DNA from: Psammoneis japonica
Taxonomy: Eukaryota
Assembly: GCA_008632985.1 (NCBI GenBank)
Contig: QPGO01000006.1
Location: 62,001 to 126,000, forward strand
Length of the DNA stretch: 64,000 bases
Direction of reading: 5' to 3'
Translations under genes and position numbers: made by a program
Part shown: one piece after another, positions 1 to 10,562 of the stretch
How the letters are laid out: each line of letters begins with the position of its first letter
How positions within the stretch are numbered: the stretch's first letter is position 1
Notes under the pieces: model-generated
Seen by the model: only the letters and a program-made list of their open reading frames with translations
The model's database searches: none
Told to the model about the DNA's origin: nothing

Positions 1-229
1 GAAGACCTGACAATATAAAGAACAGGGAAACCGCCTGGAGGTACTCGAATCCAACATTAACATCAAGAAACAAATCAGTTTGATGGCCGAGGAAAATTGC
101 CATGGCGCAAACACCACGAAGGCCATTCAGTGGAACCATGTCGCGTAGCTGCGCGTTTCTGTCATGGGTTCCATGGTCATTCTGAGTGTTTTCAATGCGT
201 TGCGAGAAAGCTTTCTTTGTCTCTGTCAT
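1..229 (-). CDS. 5' end of an acyltransferase family 3 (OafA-like) membrane protein; runs off the window
   Basis: Manual translation from ATG at 229: MTETKKAFSQRIENTQNDHGTHDRNAQLRDMVPLNGLRGVCAMAIFLGHQTDLFLDVNVGFEYLQAVSLFFILSGL. It contains the LxGLRG...H...AVxxFFxLSG signature of Acyl_transf_3. Not in the ORF track. Confidence 0.75.
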   Translation of the reverse strand, partial: MTETKKAFSQRIENTQNDHGTHDRNAQLRDMVPLNGLRGVCAMAIFLGHQTDLFLDVNVGFEYLQAVSLFFILSGL

Positions 230-2299
230 ATGATAATGCTAAAGCTATGCACAAAGGAAATACACAACAGACCACAAACACGCCATTGTCAGCCAACGAG
301 CAACGAGGCAGCAACAGGCCGCAGAACGACACTGAGATTTAGTCGTGAATGACGTCATTCTCATTCGTTTGTTGAAAGTTCCAATCGGATTTGCCACTCT
401 TGGGATTCTACTGGGTAGTTTCCCTAACCACTAAACAGCCGCTTACACTTCACGCTTCACTTTGCCACCGACAGCGCACTGTCTCCCGACCTTTGCCACG
501 TCTGAAATTCTCCCTTGCATTTGCCACTGGTGTCAATGTCGCCACAATTTTGCAGGCACCTGCTGCGATGAGATCGTGGATGTGTCAAAAATTGCGCGCA
601 CCACACCACCGTCGTTTGACAGACACAACAATGGCACACCTGCCTGACAGAGCTTGGAAGCTGGAAGTGAAGGAGACAGTGGTTTTTGTCTGTGTTTTCA
701 AGAGGGGATGCACCCAACTGGTTGGACTGTGAAATGTTGAAAAGGTGCATCAGCTGCAACCGTGGCATGAATTGCCAGAGCATGATCTCTGTTTTTTGAT
801 GCTCTTGGGGGCACATCTCACAGAGACATGGCCCTCTCTTGAGGTGGAGGACACAGTGCAACAAATCAGGGTTGGCATCACCACCATGAGTCGGGCAAAC
901 CAAAATGACATGTGCAGCAGGAAGACAGATTTCTGCTGGGTGAGTGAAGGATGGGCACACTCAATGTTTGAATTGAAGAGCAAGTGTGCATCATCATCAG
1001 TGCTCTGCTTCAAAAAATTTAAAACAATGACAATGCATGCCAGATTCATAAAATTTCTGAAGGGGTGATGCAGAAAACTGCTGCATCCAGCACAATGCTG
1101 TTGGGCACATCTGTGCATGATTGCACCTGGCACCACTGTGATCACAATGCACCGCATCAACAAAAAAGCCTCGCTTCTCCAGAAAAAACAGCAAAATGCA
1201 AACCCTTGGCCATGATGCAGCTGGGGTTGAACCAACGAGCAAACCAAACATTCCAAAGCCCCACAAGTGATGAGGTGAGCAACAGTGTTCACAACACTCG
1301 GGCACCTTGCTCTGAACTCACTGGCTTTGTGACAGGCAGTGAAATGAGCAAGCACCACACAGGGAGAGTGCCAGAGATGGGGATGGATCCACCGATGTCA
1401 ATGGCAGTGCAAGAAATGAGCGGGGGTTGGTTGCACAACAAATGGGACTCTGACCTCCTCAGCCATTGATGAAGAAGCAGACAGAACAAGTGACAAACAA
1501 AAGAAAGAATGATGAGTGACAGGGAACATCATGCTTTTCCATGTCAGCACAAGTTTCTCAGCCAACAACAAGGCCATGGCAGGCCGGTGCAGCTGACCCA
1601 GCAGATTTCAATGAACCGGGACCCAAGTGCCAGTGTGCAGGTTGAACCTTCATGGAAAATTCAGGTGTTGTCCACATGATTCCAGCAAGCCCCAGCCAAA
1701 TTGCCCCCACCTGTGATGCACAGGAGTGTGATGAGCACCTGCTTCTTGCTGTGTCTCCCAAAAAATTCCAGACACACAATTGAAATGACCATCCAGAAAA
1801 GGCTGGTGCCATCAAAGTGGGAGGTTGCAGCATTTTGATGCGTGAGAATTTTTTTGACACAAAAATGAGGGACATTTTGACCCAAATGGTTGTGTGAAGA
1901 CATTTGCGCTGTTGCAGATTTGAGTGAGGAGACCAGGACAAGTTTCTCACAGTTGGGTGTCTCTTGTTGTGTCTGTGTGTGGAGAAGTGCATTTGTGTTT
2001 GTCATTTCTCAGTCTTGCAGTTTCTCCTCAAAAAGAATTTTGACATCTGTGGGGCCGCACAGTTCTTTTTCAGGAAAGCTTTTCAGGAAAGCACAAAACT
2101 CAATGAATTCTGTGCCCCTTCAATGCCCTTGTGTTGCAAAACAAAAGAACTGGGATGCAGCCTCTCTGGCAAAAGGTTTTTGCTGATCATGCACAGTCTC
2201 CTCTCTTCAGCTTTGAAACACCCTCTGCAACAACAAATCCAGTTGCCCTTTCCCAAAAGCAGCAACAGGTTGCAGATGAGATGCCGCTTCTTCCATTGC

Positions 2300-3560
2300 T
2301 TCAACTCAGTGAGGCATCATGGGAAAGTCCACATTCTTTTTGCAGACCAGCTCCTTGTTCAGGTGGGCCATGTGCGGTTGTTTTGTTGAGCAATGCCAGC
2401 CCATCTTGAGCTTGGCACGTTGTCAGCAAACCAAGGGACACAGCCCTTGACATTTTCTTGGGCACAAATGCTCTGTTCATCCAGTTGAGGAAGCCAAGCC
2501 TCTGCAACATTAAGACATTTGTCTGCATTGAGCTCACAAAGGTCCAGATGCTTCTCCCATCTTGATTGCTGTGCATGCTCAGCACTGCCAGTGCCGCCAG
2601 TTTGTTGTGGGCAAGCACTGCTTGCTTTGGGGGCAAGACCAAGTTGAGATTGAAGGTGCAGCTGATCAGAGCAAGTTGCAAGAGTTCTTTGCAGAGCTCC
2701 AGCTGTTGCTTTGACCACTTGCTGGAGTCATTGGCTTGGTTGGGGCCCAACAAGCCCAAGCTTTGATGTGATTTGAGACATTTGAGCCAAAGTTGCTGAT
2801 CACCAGCAGCAGTGGTGTGCAGGCAGCAAAACAAGAGAAACCTGTCTGCTTTTTCTTCCATTCAGATGATCTTCAACAGGTCAAGGTTGGCCACAACAGG
2901 ATTCTTGCTCAGCTTCAAAAACTTTGCAGTGGCCAGCAGGCTGTTCAGAGGGGGTGCGCCGCCACCCCCATTGCTCATTTCAAGCGCACATGTCTCCTCG
3001 GCATTCAAGAGCACCTGGGTGTTGGAACTTGGTGCAGCGCTTGCCAGTGGAAGCTGGGTTGACATCATTTGAAACAAATCGGGTTCACCTTTTGACCTTG
3101 AGCAGCAGGTTTTTTTTGAGTGGGTGCCTGGAAAAATGAGATGTGCCAGGTGGTGGGAGACAGCCCACTCAAATGTCAGCAAGCCTTGACTGTCAGCCTG
3201 CTTCAAGTGGAAAGTGCAGTGCAGCAACACAACAGAGATTTGCAGCCACTTTCCAAGAAGGCTCCTCTTGTAGAAAAAGAGCACATTCATGTTGGGTTGC
3301 TGGCACAGGATGAGGAGAATGGGGGCACACTCAGTGCCAGAGTCAAAAAGATGCTTTGGAAAGAGTCAGGCACAGCGGTTTCTCCAAAACAGCCCAGTGT
3401 TTGCCAGGAGAGCCCAGTTTGTTCACATGCAAACACCAAACCAAGGGAAGACCTGACAATGCAATGAACAGGGAAACTGCTCAATTCTTGATGCTGGGGA
3501 GATTCACAAGGCTTCCCCCGCACAGTGATTGAGATGAGTGGAATTCTTGAAATGTAGATC
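2300..3560 (-). pseudogene. Decayed, TA-depleted copy of an acyltransferase-3 gene (limits approximate)
   Basis: 3447-3480 (gaagacctgacaatgcaatgaacagggaaactgc) aligns to 1-34 (gaagacctgacaatataaagaacagggaaaccgc) and reads AVSLFIALSGLPL on the minus strand. Downstream frames are broken. Confidence 0.5.
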
Positions 3561-4043
3561 ACAGCTCCAAACTCAGTCTTTGCAACACTGCAACAGAGAG
3601 AATCACACTGGAACCAAAACAAAGTGTCGCGGGGAGAGCTGTTGTTTCTCAACTTCTCTGAAAAGAGCGCCTGCCCCCCCAATGTCCCCAGTTGGGTGGC
3701 GGGTGGCTTCTTGAATTCATCCTCCTTTTTCTCTGGAACTGCTGGGGGCATTGCAGCAGTGGGCCATGGCGGCACTGTCGAGGTGTCGTTGACTCCATGT
3801 TGTTTCATTTGACTGCAACAGGAATGAAGTGAAAAAAAAAGTGAAGCACAGATGTTCGTTTTAGACGAAAAATGGCAAAAGCACTGTCGTCTGAAATCTT
3901 GGAACAACAACTGAATGCGATGATGGCCAACGCCACACAGATTTCTGCGTGTCTTGTGCCACGGCGCCTCCATTGCAGACAGAATCTCTTCTCGTTCGAG
4001 TGCTCTCACAATTTCTGAATTGCTCGTCAGTTCACAGTCCATC

Positions 4044-5381
4044 ATGAAAATCATGAACTTTGTCCTTGCCATCATTGCTGCCATGAGCGCTGGCGCCATC
4101 ATCAGCCCTCTCTCTGCCTCGTTTGTTGGTGCGACAAAGCGCTGCGTCAGCGCCTTGTCGATCAAGGCTGCCACGGCGACCGACAGCATCGCCACGTTCA
4201 ACCAAGAGCTCCTGCGCAAGTTTTTGGACAACAACAGTTGCTCAGATGTCGATGCTGCCTCCAGCTGCTGCCATGACATCATCAGCAATGCTGCTCCCAG
4301 CACTGTTCCCGAAAACGCCATCATCACTTCCAGCTTTTGCGTTTGTTTTGATGATGGCGACAAGTCTCCGAGTCATGTCCAAGACCTCCTGCGCAACACC
4401 ACGCCCACGATTGCACCAGAAGACGATGCTGACGAGCATTGTGTCTATGACCATTTTGTGCCGGACAACAATGGCGACTCCAACGGCAGCCTCCAGCAAC
4501 TTTTTCTCAACACTGCTCCCGACAGCACGATTCAGACCAAGGGAGTCCCGTTCCAAGATGCGTTCACGATGTTTTTGGAGATCCAGTCGGCCATCTTGAC
4601 GGACACGTGCAGCACTTTTTTGCAATCCAAGTCGGAAGCTTTTCAGCTTTGGTGGAAACTTGCAGACGTATTTTCGAACGACGTCATCGCGCAAATCCAG
4701 GCTCAGGCTCGCGTTCTGCAGGAACGCGACATTTTTTTGCCTTTTTGGAACCCGCTCTTGTCCAACAATCTCTCTGAGATCAAATCGAGTGTTGGACATT
4801 GGGGAAAGAGAGTTGTGGAGATTGCAAAGACTCGGACGAACCTGCCACATGAAGAGGTGTCGCCACTCTGGAACCCAATTTTGTCTGACTGTCGCTCTGC
4901 GATTGAGTGGAAAGCCAAATGTTGGGGGACGAGAGTTTTAGATGCGTTGATTCATGCAATGAACGTTCTTCAAGATTCTGTGCCATTTGTGAAACCCTGC
5001 GAAGAAACCAAGAATGTTGTTGTTGAGGTTCTGGCACCTGCCATTGGAAGTTGGGTCATGACATTGAAACAAACCAGGCTCGCCTTTCGAATCGGTGCTT
5101 TTCAGCACCCGGAAAAATTAGAATGTCAGTTGGGAGGCAATGCAATCGAGACGTCAGTGAGTCTTGATTGGCATCGAGGGGACACATGTTGTTGGTTAGA
5201 TTCAAGCAGAAAGTGTGGTGCAAAATTGCAATTGTCGTTTGCTTGTCTGCAGAAAGTGTGGCACAATGTTGCAATTGTCGATCGCTTTTCTACCGCAGAG
5301 TTTTGCCGCTTCAACCACTGGTCCCAACACCACTTTGTGCAGCCATCGCTCTACCGAGACAGAGTGGAGCTAGGACATTAG
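4044..5381 (+). CDS. Hypothetical protein or partly mutated gene copy with a signal-peptide-like N terminus
   Basis: Long ORF starting MKIMNFVLAIIAAMSAGAII with an internal repeat (PFWNPLLS...WGKRV / PLWNPILS...WGTRV). It has only 2 Tyr and lies in a TA-poor block, so its length may be inflated. Confidence 0.35.
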   Translation: MKIMNFVLAIIAAMSAGAIISPLSASFVGATKRCVSALSIKAATATDSIATFNQELLRKFLDNNSCSDVDAASSCCHDIISNAAPSTVPENAIITSSFCVCFDDGDKSPSHVQDLLRNTTPTIAPEDDADEHCVYDHFVPDNNGDSNGSLQQLFLNTAPDSTIQTKGVPFQDAFTMFLEIQSAILTDTCSTFLQSKSEAFQLWWKLADVFSNDVIAQIQAQARVLQERDIFLPFWNPLLSNNLSEIKSSVGHWGKRVVEIAKTRTNLPHEEVSPLWNPILSDCRSAIEWKAKCWGTRVLDALIHAMNVLQDSVPFVKPCEETKNVVVEVLAPAIGSWVMTLKQTRLAFRIGAFQHPEKLECQLGGNAIETSVSLDWHRGDTCCWLDSSRKCGAKLQLSFACLQKVWHNVAIVDRFSTAEFCRFNHWSQHHFVQPSLYRDRVELGH

Positions 5382-5600
5382 GTGGGAGATGATGCAATCG
5401 AGACGACAGTGAGTCTCAATTGGCGTCAAGGGGATTTATGTTGCCAGTTGGCGTTGAGCAGAAAGCACAGCACAGCGCATTGATCATCATCGTTCTCTTT
5501 TCTGCCATAGAGTTTTCACTTCGACCACCATTCCCAACACCACTTTGTGTGGCTGCAGCTCCAGCCAGTCAGAGGAGAGCCACCAGACCATGGCAGCTAG
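5133..5600. repeat. Diverged tandem duplication, period about 250 bp
   Basis: atgcaatcgagacg-cagtgagtct...gcagaaag...cccaacaccactttgtg occurs near 5140 and again near 5392. Confidence 0.7.
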
Positions 5601-5863
5601 AAGTGGAAGCCACCCTTTAGCGAGTTGCATGTGTGCGCCGCACTCACAATTGCCAGCATGCCATCAAGGGCAAATCATGTGTGTGAAAGGGAAATGGTGC
5701 TCCTGCATTCCCCAGCAAGTGCTTGCACTGCAGTTGGTGAAGGGCCGCTGCAGAACAGCAGCCATGGGAAAATCCGAATCAACAGCAACAATGATTTAAA
5801 CTGTGGTGTTGTTTTTCACACACATCAAATTACAGTGCCGCTCAACGCAATTCACCGCGTGTG

Positions 5864-6908
5864 TCAATTCCAGTGGCCAGTCTGCACAGAACGTGCTTCC
5901 GAAAATTCATCCACATAGATTTCTTCTCTTGGTTTGGGATGATGATGCTGACTCAAACAACCGGCAAAGCATTTGGGATTGATTTCAAATCGTGGCTCGC
6001 CAAATTGGCCCTCCCACAATCGTCGGTTGTTGCATCTGCAGATTTGAACCTCGACATCGCGATTGTTGACACACTCCAAACAAAAGTTGGTTCTGACAAT
6101 TTTGACTTGAACGGTGCTGCAAGATTGAGGTAAAGAGAGAAACTCTGTTGAAGCAATCCCGCACTCGTCCACAACAATGAGTGCGCCAACACGACGACAG
6201 GGATCACAGTCCATGCACCAAGGAATTTTGGCATGACAATCTTGCCAACCATGACATTGCTTTCAACAGAGCTTTGGGAAAAAAGAATCGTTGGCACCGA
6301 AGCTTTTGATCAAAGCCAAAGGATCGCAGTCGGAATCGTCACAACAACAATCAAAGCTTGGCGCTCCATGTGCAGCCTCGGCAACCAGGAATTTCATTGC
6401 AGATGCCGCTGCACTGACAACATTTCAAAGAGCCCTTGCACTCCAGGTTTGTGTTGCAATCACCTTGACAACGACAAAGCGGGGCAAGAGGGGGGTTTGC
6501 CACGTGTTGCAACACAACCTTGCAGTCCTGGGCATCACAACAAAAGACAGCCAGAACCAACAATTCCTTGTCCATGCAACCTGGAATGCAAGCAGCACTC
6601 CCTCCATCACGCTGAAAGGAAACAAGATCTCCACAGCAATCGTTGTTGCAGCTGCAAGTGCAAATGTGCATCAAATCATGGGACCATGACAACAGCAGTG
6701 AGTGAGGAAAGCACAAACAAAAGCCACGGCATTGAAAAAAGACAAAGACTTGCTCTCCCTCGCAATGATCCAATGGAGAACTGGGATCATTGCCTGACCA
6801 ACGCAATGGCATGATGGGATTGTCATTTCCAACATCACCCTCGGGATCATGGCAATGACCAGCATTCTCAGAATCGCACCCCACAACAGTGTCAACCCTC
6901 ACGAGCAT
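5864..6908 (-). pseudogene. Decayed secreted protein with frustulin-like Cys-rich (ACR) repeats followed by a ricin-B-like domain
   Basis: Fragments DCCGDLVSFQRDG...IPGC, LCRCQGDCNTNLECKGSLKC...EIPGC, KLC*KQCHGWQ...WCMDCD and CLSQHHHPK...EEIY resemble diatom frustulin-type proteins (from recall). Stops and frameshifts are present. Confidence 0.65.
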
Positions 6909-7437
6909 GGCACTGCAATTGTGGTCGCCATCACGGCTGTTCGAGTCGGGAAAAGAAAAACAAGTGCTCCATCACAAAGGAGTGCAACTCAACAAAACGT
7001 GGGGTGGGGCACCATTGCCACGAGCCAAATCAGAAACAAACAAACAATGAGTTTCGCGTGCGACCTCAATGGAAATTGTGTCAAATCCACAAATGAAATT
7101 AACGCTCATGACCAAGTCGTGAATGACGTCATCCTTGTTTGTTTGACGGTGGAAAGGGGCAGCTGATCATCGCGGTGAACAGGCAGGGAAGCAGTTGTTG
7201 TTGTTGTTCATGTTGGATGTTGGTGTTGAGAGTTGAGATGAGGCCAGCGAATTGTGGGATGGCACTTTTTCTTTTGCACGCCACAAGTGCAAACTCATGC
7301 AGGGTTCTACGTGCGTCATTCTGTGCGCCGGTGGCATGTTGCAAGATCTGAAAAGACACCAAAGATGCAACTTGAACTTGGACATTTTATTTTGTGTGCG
7401 CATCCCAATTTTTCACACATGCACACGTCACAGGACT

Positions 7438-7712
7438 GTCACTGGAAAACGTGGGAACGTCGCTGGAAAACGTGGGAACGTCACTGGAAAACGTGGGAAC
7501 GTCACTGGAAAATGTGAGAACGTCACTGGAAAACGTGTGGACATCATGACATCCATTCGTGTCCAGCTCTCGGTGCAAACATTGCGTGCATTCTACACAT
7601 GTAGAGTGCATTCCAGAAATCATGTGCAAACTTCAACCATGGGACGTCACTGGAAAATGTGGGAACGTCACTGGAAAACGTGTGGACGTGCATCACTGGA
7701 AAACGTGCAGAC
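7438..7712. repeat. 21-bp minisatellite (gtcactggaaaacgtgggaac), five units plus three more units
   Basis: Directly visible at 7438-7542 and about 7646-7712, with no spacers. Confidence 0.9.
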
Positions 7713-7823
7713 GTCATGCATTCTGCACGTGCGCTGCATGCGCACAGACAGCACCGGTGGCCCACTGCACCAGAAATCATGCACAAATTTCAAAACATCA
7801 CCCATGCGTGCATCACCAGCACG

Positions 7824-8062
7824 CCTCCTTGCACCCAAGTTCAGATGGAGATGAGCCGTGCGATGCAAGACCTCTCATCGGAAAATGTCCTGAGACTTGT
7901 GCCTCTTCCAGAAGTGGGTGCTTCTGGCCCAAGATGGCTGGTCACGGAGACCGGTCAAACCTGTCGGCGTTTTGTCACTCTCACTTTTCCATCTTTGTTG
8001 AGACAGGAACCCTGATCAACGTGACTGGATCATTCCAAAGCATTGGAAAAGCGATTTTTTGC
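7824..8062 (+). repeat. Split direct repeat A1
   Basis: cctccttgcacccaag...aagcgattttttgc, near-identical to 16017-16255. Confidence 0.9.
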
Positions 8063-8082
8063 TCCCTCTCCCTCTCCCAACC

Positions 8083-10559
8083 ATGTCCGACTGCTTCTCC
8101 TCTGGCATTGATGATGGTGCCTTCGTCAACGTGGCTCGCACTCTCGAGTCCGATGTCATTTCTCCATTTTCGGCACAGTCTCCCGCGTTGCCTGCTTCTC
8201 GGGCCCCACCCTCTGCGGTGGGTCATCAGGGGGGTGTTGAAGGCGCAAGCCCCTCTCTTGGGGGCTTAAATCTTGAAGGAATGACTGGTGACATGGGACA
8301 TTCAGACATCGAGCGTGCGGAGCTGGGGGAAGTCATTTCCCCTGACCCGGATTCTGCATTCGATGCCTTGCTCTCGAGAACAGAAAGCGCTCCCCGCGTT
8401 GATTTTTTCGCGGCGAAGGATGGGGGAGCGGGTCGAGGTGCATCTGGCTCGATGGAGGAAGGTGCGTCTCCTTCGTCTGATGCACCTCGTTTTCATGTCG
8501 CCTGGATTGAAGGTGCCGATAACTCCCGTTGCCTTGGGGTTGCCGGGGGTGGAGCCATGTTCTGTTTCAAGAAAGCTGAGGATTGCAAGGTGAAACACAA
8601 GGGCTCGAAGAAGGTCATTCCTTCGGACGGCATGGTGTTGATTCTCAAGACACCAGACACGGCTTTTTGCCAGCCTGCTTTGGATGGCTCGTTTGTCTCG
8701 GCAGACGTTCTGGTTAGCTGGGAAGCGAGTGCCAATGCTTTGGCAGGGTGGCGTCAGAAGTTTCTGGCTCTCGGGAACAGCGACACTTGCTGTCCTACGG
8801 AGGAAGAACATTGGGAGTCTTTGAAGGAGTACAAAGTCGCCGCGGCTTGCAAGACGCCGGCAAAGGGCAAGGATCCCCACAGCAAGGAATTTCCTGGGCC
8901 ACTTTTCAGACACTTCACACCCCACCAGCGGGTTGTTTCCACCACCCCAGCGCAATTTCTGGCCGCGAACAAAAGTCCCGCGGCCCTGGCTGGAGTTGTT
9001 CAGTCCCTGGAAAGAAACTTGACAGAGACCGGCAACACGGTGGTGGAGATGGGCAACAAGGCATGCGTGCACTTCAAGGAATTGAACTCCTCAGTCAATG
9101 TCCTTGGCCGCAAGCTGGAGCAGCTGGGTGCAACTCTCGGTTCTCCTCCACCTGAATTCAATCAGCGAGTGGAAGCCCCTGCGATTTGGGGAACACTTGC
9201 CAATCTGTCAACAGTCGGCTCACCCGAGCGCCCTCCCAGAGACTTGTCCGTGGATTTGGCACAGATGGAGTCGAACATTCATGCCGGTTCCAACAGACTG
9301 GCGTCAAATGTGAACACTGCCATCCAGAACTTGCAAAACAAAATTTCTGGGTTGGCAGCCAAGCACGACATGGACTCTCTGAGGACAGGCATGCTCAAAG
9401 TTTGCAACCAGTTGATTGGCAGAGTTCAGAATCTTGAAAATGCGGGAGCCTCGCTTGGAGGCGCGATTAGATCTGGAAGCGGATTGGGGTTTACAGGGGT
9501 CGGAAGCTTGAGCACCATGGACCGACAGACACGGGATCTGAGCCAAGCGGTGAACGAGTTGAAGTCCAAGTCAGACACTTCGGCTGTCAAGTTCTCTGGG
9601 GTCGGTGTCTCGTCTTTTGGAGAATGTCAAGCCTGGATGGTACAACATTTTTCCTCCAGGGTGCATGGCTGCCTCACAGATGCAAATTTGTCATTGGATC
9701 GAATCACGGGCACGGAACCAGTGGCTTCGCACCATTTTTTGGCTGGTCTGGCTAAGCGCATGGACTTAAAGATCAGCACGGAAGAGGATGCAAGGACTCT
9801 GGCGAGTTTTCAGCACAGCATGCCGAGGATTTTGGATTCGGGCTCGGCAAAAGGAGCGCAGTCGGCGGGCCTCCACCCGTCGTTCTTGGACAAGACAGCC
9901 TCCCATGATCACTGGTCCACTGGCTCAACGGGGACCAAGCATTTTATCATGGATAAAATTGGGACGGTCGAGCGAAATGTTTTGAGCAACATTGCTCAGC
10001 GAATCCCGGGGGGGGGGGGCCGTTTGAAGGCCAGGTGGTTCGAGATGCCCTGTCGAAGTCAGTGGCATTTATTCGGGGTTTGATTCAGTTTATGGATGAA
10101 ACTTGCGAGAACCTGGTGCAACTGAGCAAGTTCTCTCAAAAGCAGGCGTGGTCCTTGACTTCGAAATTGGTGCACAGAATCTTTGATGATCTCAATCAGG
10201 TTCGCTCCGGCATCTTCACATCAATCAAGGGAGCCGATCCGGATGTGGTGTGCAGCCAGATTCTTTGGGCAATTTTTCGGTCTCACGACGTCATGGCCGA
10301 GCACACAGCTCACAACTTCAGGGACCACCCCTCCATGGCATCGGAGCATGTGAAATTTCTGGCTACGAACTCCGGCTTTGAAGCTGTCACTGCTTTGCAA
10401 GCTGCAGTGACGACGCTGGCGGAAAAGGCGAAAAACGCTGGAACCGAAGCTAAGTCGGCGCAGGCTAGAGCTGACACGGCGCACCAGGGGGTGAACAAAC
10501 TGAAAACGGAACTCAAAGAGGTCAACAGGCGTCTGAAAGCGACAGAATCCAAGAAATGA
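8083..10559 (+). pseudogene. ORF1 (gag-like) of the YR retrotransposon, frameshifted at a G12 run
   Basis: Track ORFs 8059-10083 and 10035-10559 join across G12 at 10008-10019. There is a Cys/His knuckle (C...FC...C..KH), coiled-coil-like segments and a C-terminal FRDHPSMASEHVKFL block. Confidence 0.7.
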
Positions 10560-10562
10560 AAC

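Noticed and set aside
750..1358. Possible glycosyltransferase relic (STDDDAHL resembling a DDD motif)
   Set aside because: A single short motif in saturated sequence is not enough to support a call.
7438..7712. CRISPR-like array
   Set aside because: Head-to-tail 21-bp units without unique spacers, a eukaryotic context and no cas genes.
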